A stretch of DNA of 64,000 bases, taken from an uncultured candidate division Zixibacteria bacterium (GTDB lineage: Bacteria; Zixibacteria; MSB-5A5; UBA10806). The notes under the pieces were generated by a model that searched no databases, was not told the origin of the DNA, and was given only the letters and a program-made list of their open reading frames with translations. Of the stretch, positions 51,738-62,542 are shown piece after piece (the first letter of the stretch is position 1; every line of letters starts with the position of its first letter). The DNA is taken from contig CAWDFP010000006.1 of assembly GCA_963801605.1 (NCBI GenBank), positions 160,001 through 224,000 on the forward strand, given 5' to 3'. Position numbers and translations under genes: made by a program.

Positions 51738-52960
51738 ATGAATACTGCCACAGGCTTCTCAGCACTTAAAAACGGGAATATTCGATGGTCGGCGTTGGGG
51801 TCGGCCTTTTTTACGTTTGGCAATCGCGCTCTGGGGATAGTGATTGCTTTCCAAATTTATCAGATCACGCATAGCGCGCTGGCGTTAGGCTGGCTGGGTC
51901 TGATGGAGGCTATTCCCGCCATTACGGTAGCCCCGTTCGGCGGGCATGTGGCCGATAATTTCAACCGTCACCGAATTATCATGACTACCCGGGCGATCTG
52001 CTTTATCTGCGCGCTGGCTCTGGCGATTCTATCGCGTTTTGAGGCCGGTTACATAGTAATCCTGTTTTATACACTTATATTCATTTTCGGATTTGCCAGA
52101 GGATTCACCGATCCCGCCATGACCGCCTTCGAGTCGCAGATTGTCCCCAAGGACCTGATTATTAATGCCTCGTCATGGTTTGGCAGTGTTTCGATAACAT
52201 CATCGATACTCGGGCAGGCGGCCAGCGGGTTCATCTTTGCGGGGTTCGGCGCGACCGTATCGTATATGGTAATCGCGGGCTGTTTTATAGCGTCATTTTT
52301 TTGCGTGGCGTTCATAACGCCGGAGGCGCAGGTCAAGCCGGAGAAGGATGAGCGCGTATTCGAGAGCATCAAGATCGGATGGAAAGCGCTGTATCATATC
52401 CAGCCGCTGTTTGCGGCGATGGCGCTCGATATGATCGCGGTGCTGTTCGGGGGGATGACGATACTGCTTCCGATTTTCGCCAACGATATCCTCAAGATCG
52501 GGGCCGGCGGGTATGGCTTGCTCAACGCTACCATCTCTGTAGGGGCGCTGGGTTCGATGCTTTTAGCGATGACCTACTCCCCGGTCATCAAGAAGGCGGG
52601 CAAGAATCTGTTGATTTCGGTGACGGCGTTTGGGGTATGTATCATTGTATTCGCGTTTTCGACGCAATGTCTGGCTTTCGGTGGTTATGCTGTTCCTCTC
52701 CGGCTTTTTCGATGGTATCAGCATGATTATCCGTCGCGCTATGACGCAGGCTGCTCTCGCCAGATCAGTTGCGCGGACGGATTGCCGCCGCCAACTCGAT
52801 CTTCATCACGGCCTCCAACGAGCTTGGCGCGTTCGAAAGCGGCATGCTTGCGGCGTTGGTGGGCACGATTCCCTGTGTCGCTCTCGGCGGTATGGTGACG
52901 CTGATTGTGGTGGCGGTTACGGCGAGATTTGCGGGGGAGCTAAGGGGGCTGGAATTGTGA
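51738..52960 (+). CDS. MFS transporter (frameshifts near 52665-52770)
   Basis: [53 protein letters not shown] in a shifted frame. Confidence 0.85.
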
Positions 52961-53175
52961 GGGGGGAGAGAATTTACAAGTTATGAAAACGTCGCGAAAT
53001 GGAAACCATAATTAGTTGGATATGATGGTGCTATTTTCATAATTCATTTAATTCATCTATGTAGCCATTAAATATCGCTAAAATAGATAAGAATTAACTT
53101 GACAGGTACCTAAATATTTTGTATTAGTTTTTTGACAATGTGACTATTTTGCGTTTGTTGACGCATAAGTATCGT

Positions 53176-53691
53176 ATGAAGAATGATGGAAACACCAAAT
53201 GGAGAGTTGCAATGCAAGCACTTAGACCGTTAATTATATCTCAGGCCAGGGCATTTGCATCAAAATGTGGGGATATTGATAATACGGCTTTTGAGGATGT
53301 TGCGTATTGGGAAATTTATCGATATTATACTGAAATTATTAGTTCCAATGGTAACTTTGATTTTGTATTAGCTAAAATGAAATTTTCTGCGATAAGAGCA
53401 ATGAAAAAACTAAAAAAAGGAAAACCGCCTTGGAAACATATATTTGGTGATGACGCTATTAATAATTGTTATGCTGGCGAAAAAGGACTTGACGGAATAA
53501 AAATCGCAAACTATATAATGAGTTATGATAAGCGACTCGGTAGCCTGCTTAAGGCATATCTGAATGGGAAGGAATTTAATTGTTATGGAGACAAGGCTTA
53601 CTTTTACAGAAAAATCCATTCTTATATTGTCAATAGGCATTCGTTTGGCAACATGAGTTTCCTGATAAGTAGAATATTTGAAAGAACATAA
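53176..53691 (+). CDS. Hypothetical protein with weak sigma-70 region-2-like N-terminus
   Basis: Open frame leading into the ParB pair; LRPLIISQARAF...FEDVAY loosely resembles sigma region 2; start uncertain (53140 or 53176). Confidence 0.45.
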   Translation: MKNDGNTKWRVAMQALRPLIISQARAFASKCGDIDNTAFEDVAYWEIYRYYTEIISSNGNFDFVLAKMKFSAIRAMKKLKKGKPPWKHIFGDDAINNCYAGEKGLDGIKIANYIMSYDKRLGSLLKAYLNGKEFNCYGDKAYFYRKIHSYIVNRHSFGNMSFLISRIFERT

Positions 53692-53702
53692 ACGAGGAAG
53701 AG

Positions 53703-54536
53703 ATGAAAAAAATACCATTTGAACCTAAAACTATTCCCATAAAAAGTATTGACGTTATTAGGCATCGTGACCGGGATAAGGATGAATTTGAGGGATTAGT
53801 AAAAAGCATCGGGGGAGGACAAATAAAATCCGTATTTGTTAAGGAAGGAGATGAAGGCAGATACAAGCTATTTAGTGGTGAGGGTCGAATAGAAGCACTA
53901 AAAGCGCTGGGCAAAACCGAAGTCAGAGCTTTGGTATTTCTCAAGGGGTCCATAGATGATAAAGAGGTTATGCTTGAGTGGTTATCGGCTAACGCCAGGA
54001 GAGATAATCCCCCGTTGCAGGAAGCAATATTTATGGCCTATGACCTAGAGAAAGGGCTTTCATTGGAGCAAATAGCCGAAAGATATGGGAAAAAAGAGGG
54101 TACGGTTCGCTCCATGATCAGAACGCTCAAGACAGCAGACGAACAATTAATTAAGGATGTTGACGAAGGAACAATTAAATTCCACCAGGCTCAAGATATA
54201 ACTGGGCATTTTCCGGATAAGCATGATCAAAAAGAAATTCTATCATACTTAAAGGATGAGAAACTCCCTGCAAGCGCAACAAGGGCAGTAATTAACACTT
54301 TTCGTAAGGCAAAAAAGAGCCTGGGGAAAGCCCCAAATCGAAGCCAAATGCAGCAGGGTATATCCGGATTGGAAAGAGACAAGGCAAAAACAAACCGGCA
54401 AATTCAATTTTACAGAGAAAAATTGGCAATTTTGGCAAACATTACACAAATATCCTTAAACGATGCAAAACTATTGAGGTTGTTAACCTTACACAAAATA
54501 AGATTCTCCGATCTTCTTAATTTGGAGCAACTATGA
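53703..54536 (+). CDS. ParB/RepB-like protein (ParB-N domain plus HTH)
   Basis: LVKSI..GQI..V.V, SGEGRIEAL, NARRDN, HTH LEQIAERYGKKEGTV; GAGG SD. Confidence 0.8.
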   Translation: MKKIPFEPKTIPIKSIDVIRHRDRDKDEFEGLVKSIGGGQIKSVFVKEGDEGRYKLFSGEGRIEALKALGKTEVRALVFLKGSIDDKEVMLEWLSANARRDNPPLQEAIFMAYDLEKGLSLEQIAERYGKKEGTVRSMIRTLKTADEQLIKDVDEGTIKFHQAQDITGHFPDKHDQKEILSYLKDEKLPASATRAVINTFRKAKKSLGKAPNRSQMQQGISGLERDKAKTNRQIQFYREKLAILANITQISLNDAKLLRLLTLHKIRFSDLLNLEQL

Positions 54537-55438
54537 AAGTAGAAACTAAATATCTACGAATAGATGAACTTGAGACGATTAGTAGTTTTGAGCGTCAAAA
54601 ACCTAAAACGGCGGCTGAAGTATCCGAATTTCGTACTTTGGAGTTATCGCTGAAAGAAATAGGATTAAGTGACCCGTTTGTCGTTTATAAGCAGGGTGAT
54701 AAATATATCCTCTGCGATGGTTATATCAGATTAAGGATTATTAAAGGATTTATGCTTGACGGTATTACCAGCCCCATTGATTTCGATAATATTCTTTGCG
54801 AGGTTGTGGATGAGCCTGATATTACCCCCGCTCAATTAAGATTAGAATCAAACAAGCGAAGCGCTATTACGCCGTCTCAAATGGCGGAAGGCTTCAGAGA
54901 CCTACTGAAGATTCATCATTTTAATCTAAGGGAATTAGGCCCCAAATTTGGAATGTCTCACCAATCAATCGCTAATTATTTGGAGATATTAAAATGTATA
55001 CCTGAGGTGCAGAGGGCTATCGATAAAAAGATTTTTCCAATGAGCGCGGGTAAACAATTTTGCGTATTAACCCCCGAAGGACAGCGAACCCTATACGATA
55101 GCCTAATATCTAAATATGGCCAAGCGCCGCGCTTCACTAGATCCCAAATGGAAGAAGGAAAGGAATCACTGAAGGACTCTCTTTTTATTGCATCCAAAGC
55201 TCAGCGTATGAAACGAAGCGAGAACCTTAGAGAAAAGAAAAAAGGGGCAGTCGTGAGGAGGCCCTTGGAAAGAAGTCTGGCAACAACAATAGAGCAACTT
55301 GAAAAAGAAATTCGATATTCAGAAGAGGAGCTTAACGACAAAAGAGATAATCTCTTAAATCTTCTTACACGCTGGGAACTTGCATTTAGAATTCTGGAGA
55401 TAAGGGAATATTTTAAAAATACATTTCCCGATAATTGA
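54533..55438 (+). CDS. Second ParB/RepB-like protein
   Basis: SLKEIGLSDPFVV, CDGYIRL, HTH LRELGPKFGMSHQSIANYL; ATGA overlap; C-terminus may extend to ~55488 via an indel. Confidence 0.78.
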   Translation: MKVETKYLRIDELETISSFERQKPKTAAEVSEFRTLELSLKEIGLSDPFVVYKQGDKYILCDGYIRLRIIKGFMLDGITSPIDFDNILCEVVDEPDITPAQLRLESNKRSAITPSQMAEGFRDLLKIHHFNLRELGPKFGMSHQSIANYLEILKCIPEVQRAIDKKIFPMSAGKQFCVLTPEGQRTLYDSLISKYGQAPRFTRSQMEEGKESLKDSLFIASKAQRMKRSENLREKKKGAVVRRPLERSLATTIEQLEKEIRYSEEELNDKRDNLLNLLTRWELAFRILEIREYFKNTFPDN

Positions 55439-55569
55439 TGCATTCTTACAGCAATTGATCAGGCAGGAAATTGGCGCTCAAATATAAATTCAATTTGGCT
55501 ATGATAAATAAAATTTGCCCGGTTGGCCGTTGACATAATTCGATTATACAATTAGGAAGGGGTAAACAA

Positions 55570-56427
55570 ATGAAGAAGGAATTGATTGTACGGTTACATA
55601 CCCAATTTGAGGAATTTGCCCATAGTGAGGAAGATATAGAGTTCTGGTTTGCCCGCGATCTCCAAAATCTCCTTGGGTATACGAAATGGGAGAATTTCAG
55701 CAAAGTAGTCGAAAAGGCAAAAATCGCATGTGAAAGATCCAGCCAGAATATAGAGGACCATTTTCCTGGGGTCAGGAAATTGGTTGATATAGGCTCAGGT
55801 ACGCAACGCGAAATCGACGATATCGCCCTTACTCGCTATGCATGTTATTTGATAGCCCAAAATGGTGACCCTAATAAAACAGAGATTGCATTTGCCCAAA
55901 CTTATTTCGCTATCCAAACGAGAAAACAAGAATTGATTGAGCAACGATTGATTGAAATCGAACGTGTGCAAGCCCGAAAGAAACTAACTAACTCTGAGAA
56001 GGAACTCTCTGGAATAATTTTTGAGCGTATCGGTGACAATATGGGATTCGCCCGTATTCGAAGCAAAGGAGATATGGCGCTTTTCGGCGGCAAGTCAACT
56101 AGGGATATGAAATACCGCCTGAATGTTCCCGGAGATCGACCTTTAGCTGATTTCCTGCCCACGATTACAATAAAAGCAAAAGACTTCGCAAATGAGATCA
56201 CCAATTTTACCATAAAAAAGGAAGATCTTAAGTCCGAGCAGTCCATCACAAGTGAACATGTTAAAAATAATGAGGATGTTCGGAAAATCCTAACAGACCG
56301 CAATATAAAACCAGAGGATTTACCTCCAGCGGAAGATGCCAAAAAGGTCGAACGACGTATTAAGTCTCAAGATAAAAAACTCATCTCCGAAATTGCTAAA
56401 CCCAAAAGGAAAAAACAAAAAAAGTAA
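55570..56427 (+). CDS. dinD: DNA damage-inducible protein D (Bro-N-like)
   Basis: WFARDLQNLLGYTKWENF, LTRYACYLIAQNGDP.K.EIAFAQTYFAIQTRKQE, RSKGDMALFG. Confidence 0.9.
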   Translation: MKKELIVRLHTQFEEFAHSEEDIEFWFARDLQNLLGYTKWENFSKVVEKAKIACERSSQNIEDHFPGVRKLVDIGSGTQREIDDIALTRYACYLIAQNGDPNKTEIAFAQTYFAIQTRKQELIEQRLIEIERVQARKKLTNSEKELSGIIFERIGDNMGFARIRSKGDMALFGGKSTRDMKYRLNVPGDRPLADFLPTITIKAKDFANEITNFTIKKEDLKSEQSITSEHVKNNEDVRKILTDRNIKPEDLPPAEDAKKVERRIKSQDKKLISEIAKPKRKKQKK

Positions 56428-56584
56428 TATTTATTCCCTACTCTTGTTTTCACATTTAGCCCTAACCATTTTCCCGACGTCAGGAATATGGTTGCATATA
56501 TGATCGATTTTTCCGCGGCGGCGCGGGCCTCAATTTGCGGGATATAAGTATTCAGCGAAATCCGGGCGTACAGCATATAGTTTA

Positions 56585-56623
56585 CCTCAGGATGTCGCTG
56601 GAATTACGCTTCCAGCCTGAGGC
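56585..56623. repeat. REP palindrome copy 3 (same orientation as copy 2, slightly diverged)
   Basis: CCTCAGGATGTCGCTGGAATTACGCTTCCAGCCTGAGGC followed by ATAA. Confidence 0.75.
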
Positions 56624-56650
56624 ATAAAAAAAGCCGCTTCCTGTCCCAGT

Positions 56651-57040
56651 CTACATAGTATCATCGGGCCTTTCGATGACTTGAGTCTCTTCGGCATAGA
56701 ACACGGGGCCAAAGGCGCATGTCTGAGGAGCATCGGGCTCGACATAACCGTAAACCTGGAGTCTCAGGCCCTGCCTGAGCTCAAGCGCCTCGCGGACGCA
56801 GAAAATCGGCTCAAATAGAACACCTTCATCTGTTTGTAAGTACCAGCAGCCCGTGGTAGTGTCATCAATGCCGACCATGCCGACAAGAAATACTCTTTCC
56901 CTCACTCCCCATTTTAGCGGGTCTCCACCGCGGCTGATCGAAATAGTTGCGTTGGCAGCGGGAGATCGTGACGGCCCATCCCTGCTGCATCCAAAGAGCA
57001 ACATTAGCGTCGCTACAAAAATTAGGAGATTGCATTTCAT
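56651..57040 (-). CDS. Small lipoprotein, hypothetical
   Basis: MKCNLLIFVATLMLLFG-C lipobox; GCWYLQTDEG OB-fold-like segment. Confidence 0.65.
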   Translation of the reverse strand: MKCNLLIFVATLMLLFGCSRDGPSRSPAANATISISRGGDPLKWGVRERVFLVGMVGIDDTTTGCWYLQTDEGVLFEPIFCVREALELRQGLRLQVYGYVEPDAPQTCAFGPVFYAEETQVIERPDDTM

Positions 57041-57364
57041 ATGCACCCCCCAAATCTTAATGTTTATCGCCATTCCGGTCGGCCGGATAAAATAGCCTTA
57101 AGAATGAAGCGCATTAAGTATGATGTTGGTTGTTTGAGCCAACTTTAATATGTATCATGAACTTTTATTGTCAAGGAATTTGTTAAAGTTATTTAGCAGC
57201 CTTAAAGCGCAAGTCGCAACCATCCTATTAAGGGCAGGCCAGCCCTTCAAAGACGTTGTACTATCATAATATTCAGTGGTTTAACATTGGCTGAATTACA
57301 GCGGGTCCCTGGGGAACCACAATTTAAAATCCGACTTTCACTCCGGACTCAGCACTCAGTCCTG

Positions 57365-58274
57365 CTAAAACAGCGCGATGCTTACCAGTAATGTCAGTAT
57401 AAAGCAGACGACGATGGCAGTGGAATATAGCAGGCCGGTCAGGATGGTCTTAAGGGCGGTCCGCAGCCACGACTGCTGAAATACCGCTCTGAAATCCCAG
57501 ATAGCAGTAAACTCCCAGAATCAATGGAAGTATCAAAATGAGCCAGCTGATATCCGCGAAATACCCCAATATTAAATAGAGCGTGAACAGCAAAAAGGCG
57601 AAGGAATGAAAATGAACCGAGAAAACCAGACAATCGATATAATACTCGGCCCGTTTTCTAAATAGCAGGTAAAGCAGCAGGGCGAAAATCGGCATCAGGG
57701 CGAACATCATGTAAGAGATCCCTTTCAGCAGCCGATGGATAAACTCGGTTTGCCCCTCGCGGTTGAGGCGCGCCACCTGACGAGCCATATATTTGTTGAA
57801 CTCGGTCTGTCTGATCCCCCGAGCCTGCATCAGCGAATCGATCTGCGCGTTTGTCAAGCCCGCCATATCCGAGGCGTGGAGATCGAAAAATGAAATGTTA
57901 AGCTTGTTCCCGGTCTCCGCGGTTGCTCCCTCGCTGTTTAGCTCGGCGTCGTTAGCCGGTACCGTCAACGACAGCGCCAGAAAAAAGATAAAGCTCAGGA
58001 AGATGTAAAGCCGGATCGGCGGCACGAAGCTGGTGCGTCGCCCGGCCTTGAACTCGTTGGTCAAACATCCCGGCTTGAACAGGAGCGTATAGATGGTCTT
58101 AAAGGATTTGCTGTCGAAATGGATGAATCCCTCGAGCGCCTCCATCAGCAGATGCCGGAATGGGACCCGCAGATCGTGGTTTTTCTGCCCGCATTGAGAG
58201 CAGAAATTGTCATCGTGTTTGAGCGTCCTACCGCAATTAGGGCAATTGAGAGATTTCCGATGGGGTTTTGTCAT
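57365..58274 (-). CDS. DUF3667 membrane protein (3' frameshift near 57490)
   Basis: CPNCG...FCSQCGQ, PGCLTNEF.AGRR..FVPPIRLY; final TM helix continues in another frame to TAG at 57365. Confidence 0.85.
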
Positions 58275-58283
58275 GACAAATGG

Positions 58284-58312
58284 ATTATACAGTAAAGGGC
58301 GGAGTGTTTCAA
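58284..58312 (-). promoter_or_regulatory. Sigma70 promoter TTGAAA-17-TATAAT
   Basis: Hexamers read directly, 9 nt before ATG 58274. Confidence 0.65.
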
Positions 58313-58496
58313 AATATAAAACGGTCGGGTTCGGGGACCCGACCGCATGTATAATCAGCTTTTTTTGTTAATGGTGACGCATTATGCGGGAGGATTGCTT
58401 TATCCCGCTTTAAGCAGCGGGATTCGCAATAACAGCCAAAAAAACCGGGGACTTTTTCGATCCCCGGCCTTATTTTGCCAACCCTTTACTCAGTAC

Positions 58497-58793
58497 TCAA
58501 GGCTGGCTATTAGCTTTGGTCAGATGACCCGCCATCATAGCTTCGGCGTCTTTCATAGTGAATTTGATCAGTTCAGTCGCTTTTGCATCGTGGCGCATAG
58601 CAAATGGCACGATATTTAGAGCTTCCTCCTTATTGTCAACATCGACAATAAACCAGGCCTTATGTTCATCGTCTTTGCAGCCCCAATCAGCGTTAGTTAA
58701 AAAATGCGAACCGGTCTGCTGAAACACCCGTATTGCCATCGCACATGATTCTGTATCGGGCCCATGCGGGACCTCGATTAAAAATCTTGCCAT
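58497..58793 (-). CDS. Small hypothetical protein (dimeric alpha/beta barrel-like)
   Basis: GGGAGG SD; MARFLIEVPH..C...WGCKDDEHKAWFIVD. Confidence 0.7.
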   Translation of the reverse strand: MARFLIEVPHGPDTESCAMAIRVFQQTGSHFLTNADWGCKDDEHKAWFIVDVDNKEEALNIVPFAMRHDAKATELIKFTMKDAEAMMAGHLTKANSQP

Positions 58794-58865
58794 AAGAAGC
58801 CTCCCTTGAATAATAGTCCTAACTTTGTAAATCATAACTCTTGTTCGCACCAAATAGTTGCCAAT

Positions 58866-58897
58866 AAAAAAACCGGGAATCTTTTCGATCCCCGGTT
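58866..58897 (-). terminator. Terminator after asnA; similar hairpin at 58438-58468
   Basis: AACCGGGA-TCTTTTCGA-TCCCGGTT with a T-run on the minus strand. Confidence 0.65.
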
Positions 58898-58922
58898 GCA
58901 GAATAGGATTCTTGACTGGCGT

Positions 58923-60051
58923 CTATTCGAGAACGTGAATGTTCTTCTTGGCGCAGATATCCTTGAGTTCTTTCGGCCACACCGTAACTGTCACTTCGCC
59001 GAGATGAGCGGTTCTGAGCAGATACATATAGGTGCGCGCCTGTCCAATACCACCGCCGATTGATAGCGGAATCTTGTCATTCAGGATAGCCTGGTGATAC
59101 GGCAGTTTGAGGAAATCAAGCTGGCCTGAGATTTCAAGCTGCTGCTTCATGGTTTCCTTGGTTACGCGGATACCCATCGAGGTCAGTTCATGACGGCGCT
59201 TGGTAACCGGGTTCCAAACCAGGATATCACCATTGAGACCATGAGTGTCTTTGCCGGTCTCATCCTTGGTCGGGTGTAACCCAATCGTCGTAGTCGGCGG
59301 CGCGCATTTCGTGCGGATAGCCGTCCTTAAGCACCCAGCCGATACCAATAATAAAGACCGCAGGATATTCCTGGATGATCTTGGTTTCACGCTGTTTGCG
59401 CGGAAGATCCGGATACTTGGCCAGAAGGTCCTCGGCGTGGATGAATTCCAGCTTCTCGGGGATAGCAGGATATTTCGGATTCTTCAAAGCCGGGAACATT
59501 TCCTGGGCAGCCAAACCGGCGCCGCGGATAACTTTCCAGATTTTCTGAACTGTATCTTTCAGATATTCGAGGTTGCGTTCTTTCGCGGTGATCCGACGTT
59601 CCCAATCCCACTGATCGACATAAGAGGAGTGATCATGATCAAGGAAGTAGTCTTTGCGGACAGCGCGCATATCGGTGCAGATACCTTCGCCAACTTTGCA
59701 TTCGAATTGGGCCAGGGCCGTTCTTTTCCACTTGGTCGCGGCCTGCACCACCTGAGCTGTGATGCGGGGGTTGATTCCCAGGCCGCAGGGGAACTCCACG
59801 GGAGTCCGGGAACCGTCGCGGTCAAGGTAATCGTTGACGCCGCTGTCGCGGTCTACGATAAGCGGAACCTGAACCATAGAAAGGTTCAACTCTTTACAAA
59901 GATCATCTTCGATGTACCGTTTGATCGTGTAGAGCGCTCGCTGGGTATCCAGTCGGTTGAGCAGCGGGGCGTAATCGGTTGGTAGAATCTTCTCTACTTC
60001 TGGATACGTGCTGATGCCTGGACCGGCCAGATCTGCTTTTTTGTCAGCCAT
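58923..60051 (-). CDS. asnA: Aspartate--ammonia ligase AsnA (extra base near 59273)
   Basis: KWKRTAL, GEGICTDMRAVR, HSSYVDQWDWE, RAADYDDW, GLNGDILVW, ELTSMGIRV, SIGGGIGQAR. Confidence 0.92.
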
Positions 60052-60273
60052 GTTATCATCTCCTAATTGGTTTGAAACTCAAAACATAAAAACACGGCGA
60101 CCAATATAACGACCCCTTCCATTTAAGGCAACTCCATTTTACGAGGGTTTAGTGGATTGTCAGGAAATTATGTAAAGATTTGTCATTCACGAGGATATTA
60201 CTAATTTGCGTGGGGATTATTGCCCCGGCGGGTGGGTTGAAACGTATCACTTACAATGTTGATTGCAAGGCAA

Positions 60274-62415
60274 TTATTTCAGCAGCATCATCTTGATCGT
60301 CTGGCTCTTCTCTCCTGTCTCCAAGCGGGCGAAGTAGAGGCCGGAGGGAAAAGCGGAGGCATTCCAAGTGAGATTGTGATTGCCTGCGGTTTGAACGCCA
60401 TTGAAGAGGACCGCCACCCGGCAGCCAAGAATGTCATAGATAGTAAGCTTGATATGGCCGCTTTCCGCAAGCGTGTATCTTATGTTTGTTGTGGGGTTGA
60501 AAGGATTGGGGTAATTTGGGGAAAGGGAGAAATTCGACGGAAGACAGCGATCACTTTCAATACTCTGGGGAAAGCGTCCCAATATCAATAGCGAGGAAAT
60601 ATCCGTAAGATAAACCAAATCGGGTTCTGAAGAAACGCCCACCAATTCGCCAATAGATCCACAACTGTCGGCGATAAATGGGCCAGCCGGGTTTGAAATG
60701 TCTATCATATAAAAGCCCCCCACAGCTTTGGCCACATAGGCATAATTTCCAGCAATCTCGAGATAGCGAGGCTCGTAGTATATCGAGCAATTGCCAACGA
60801 TAACAGGATTGTAAGGGTTGGAAATGTCAAGCACCGTCAGACCGCTATCTAAGTCTGATACATAAGCATAATTGCCTTGTACATCGATTCCGTAAACTCT
60901 TCCGGGTGTCTGGTACGTTGAGGCTAATACAAGATTATAAGGGTTGGCGATATCAATGATTTTTAATCCACTGTATAAGCCTGTCACATAAACGAAGTTG
61001 CTTGCTACTTTCAAATCAACCGTTCCCGCCCCCGAAAAATCGTCAGCCAATATCGGATTAGTCATATCGGTAATATTGACCGCCAGTAAGGCTCCGCTTC
61101 CTGCTAACAGATAGGCAAAATCTCCTTGTACCGCAACCCGCAATATATCTCCATAACGATATTGATAGCGACCCGCGCTAAGGGGGTTTGCCGGGTCGGC
61201 AACTTCAATGATTTGTAAACCGGAGTCGTTATCAGCGATGTATGCATAGTCGCCCCAAAGAGCGATATCCAAAGCCCGTCCCGGCGTTTCAAGAAACCCA
61301 CAAACAACCGGATTGGCCGGGTCGGCCATATCTACTATTTTCAAACCGCCAACATCAAAGGCCGCGTAAACATAAATGCCCGAACAAGCGACATCCTGAG
61401 TCTCCCCCGAGACATCAAAGCTTCCCGCGAGTAAGGGTTCGGATGGATTGGAAATATCTACTATCTGAAGCGAACTCCCATCAGCTATAAAGGCAAAGTC
61501 AGCGGAAAGTAATATATCTGCGGCATATCCCGGGGTATCATAGCCCGAAAAATATGTAGGCTGCGCCGGATTCGTGACATCGACAATCTCCAGCCCGGTT
61601 TCATTACTCGATAGGTAAATATAGTTATCCTTTATGGCAATGTCGTTGGAGCCACTTGGGCCGTAATAGGAACCGACCGTATCGGGTTGGGAGGGGTCAC
61701 CGACATCAATCACGATAAAGCCTAAATCCTCCATGAACTCCGGTAAAAATGTCAGTGCATAGACATAATCTCCGCATTCGACAAGCTTACCCCCGCGTTC
61801 ATATACGGTGTACAAAGGAAAACTCCCGACAATCTGCGGATTCTGCGGATTTTCAACATTTGCTATGGTAAAATTATGGCCATATGCTCCGTTAAGGTAA
61901 GCATATTGCCCGGATACGCAAATACCGTAAAAATAGCCGCCCAAGACGCCCTCGAAGGAGGGATTGGCGGGATCTGAGATATTATAGAATTTAAGGCCGG
62001 CACTTCCCAGCGCGATATAGACATATTGACCTTGAATGGAAAAATCAAATGCAGCGCCTAAATCTTCGATTGTTCCTATACGCACTGGATTTATCGGATC
62101 GGCAATCGATAGAATTCTAAACGGACTATTCCTGCCGGAGCTCAAATAAGCATAATCGCCCGAGATTTTCAACTCACCTCCGGGTCCATCGATGGTGAGG
62201 CGGGTTAAGTAGGCGGGAGACTGCGGACTGGAAATATCGAGAATTTCTATGCCGTCGGAAAACACGCAATAGGCATAGTGATCTGATACCGCGACCGCGT
62301 AATTATAGCTCCACAGCGTTGAGCTAATGACCTGAAAGTTTTGGGCACGAGCGGGGCCGGTCCAGCAAATGCCTGTTACCAAGGCCAAGATTACAATAAT
62401 ATTTAATCGTCTCAT
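60274..62415 (-). CDS. LVIVD-repeat secreted protein with NYPNPFN sorting domain
   Basis: Signal peptide at ATG 62415; many YAYIAD..GL.IVD.S.P repeats; C-terminus IKMMLLK. Confidence 0.85.
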   Translation of the reverse strand: MRRLNIIVILALVTGICWTGPARAQNFQVISSTLWSYNYAVAVSDHYAYCVFSDGIEILDISSPQSPAYLTRLTIDGPGGELKISGDYAYLSSGRNSPFRILSIADPINPVRIGTIEDLGAAFDFSIQGQYVYIALGSAGLKFYNISDPANPSFEGVLGGYFYGICVSGQYAYLNGAYGHNFTIANVENPQNPQIVGSFPLYTVYERGGKLVECGDYVYALTFLPEFMEDLGFIVIDVGDPSQPDTVGSYYGPSGSNDIAIKDNYIYLSSNETGLEIVDVTNPAQPTYFSGYDTPGYAADILLSADFAFIADGSSLQIVDISNPSEPLLAGSFDVSGETQDVACSGIYVYAAFDVGGLKIVDMADPANPVVCGFLETPGRALDIALWGDYAYIADNDSGLQIIEVADPANPLSAGRYQYRYGDILRVAVQGDFAYLLAGSGALLAVNITDMTNPILADDFSGAGTVDLKVASNFVYVTGLYSGLKIIDIANPYNLVLASTYQTPGRVYGIDVQGNYAYVSDLDSGLTVLDISNPYNPVIVGNCSIYYEPRYLEIAGNYAYVAKAVGGFYMIDISNPAGPFIADSCGSIGELVGVSSEPDLVYLTDISSLLILGRFPQSIESDRCLPSNFSLSPNYPNPFNPTTNIRYTLAESGHIKLTIYDILGCRVAVLFNGVQTAGNHNLTWNASAFPSGLYFARLETGEKSQTIKMMLLK

Positions 62416-62542
62416 AACTCGCCTCGCGTCACCTGTGATAATTTTCAAAGGCTGTGCTGATTTTTTAAAATAGATCCGGTACAGATAGATAAAGATACTG
62501 ATTTCCAGGCATTTAACAAGAAAAAGGCGGGACGGCGTTCCA

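Noticed and set aside
59260..59290. Programmed frameshifting in asnA, ftsX or rlmD
   Set aside because: No slippery heptamer or stimulatory structure seen; similar breaks occur throughout the window
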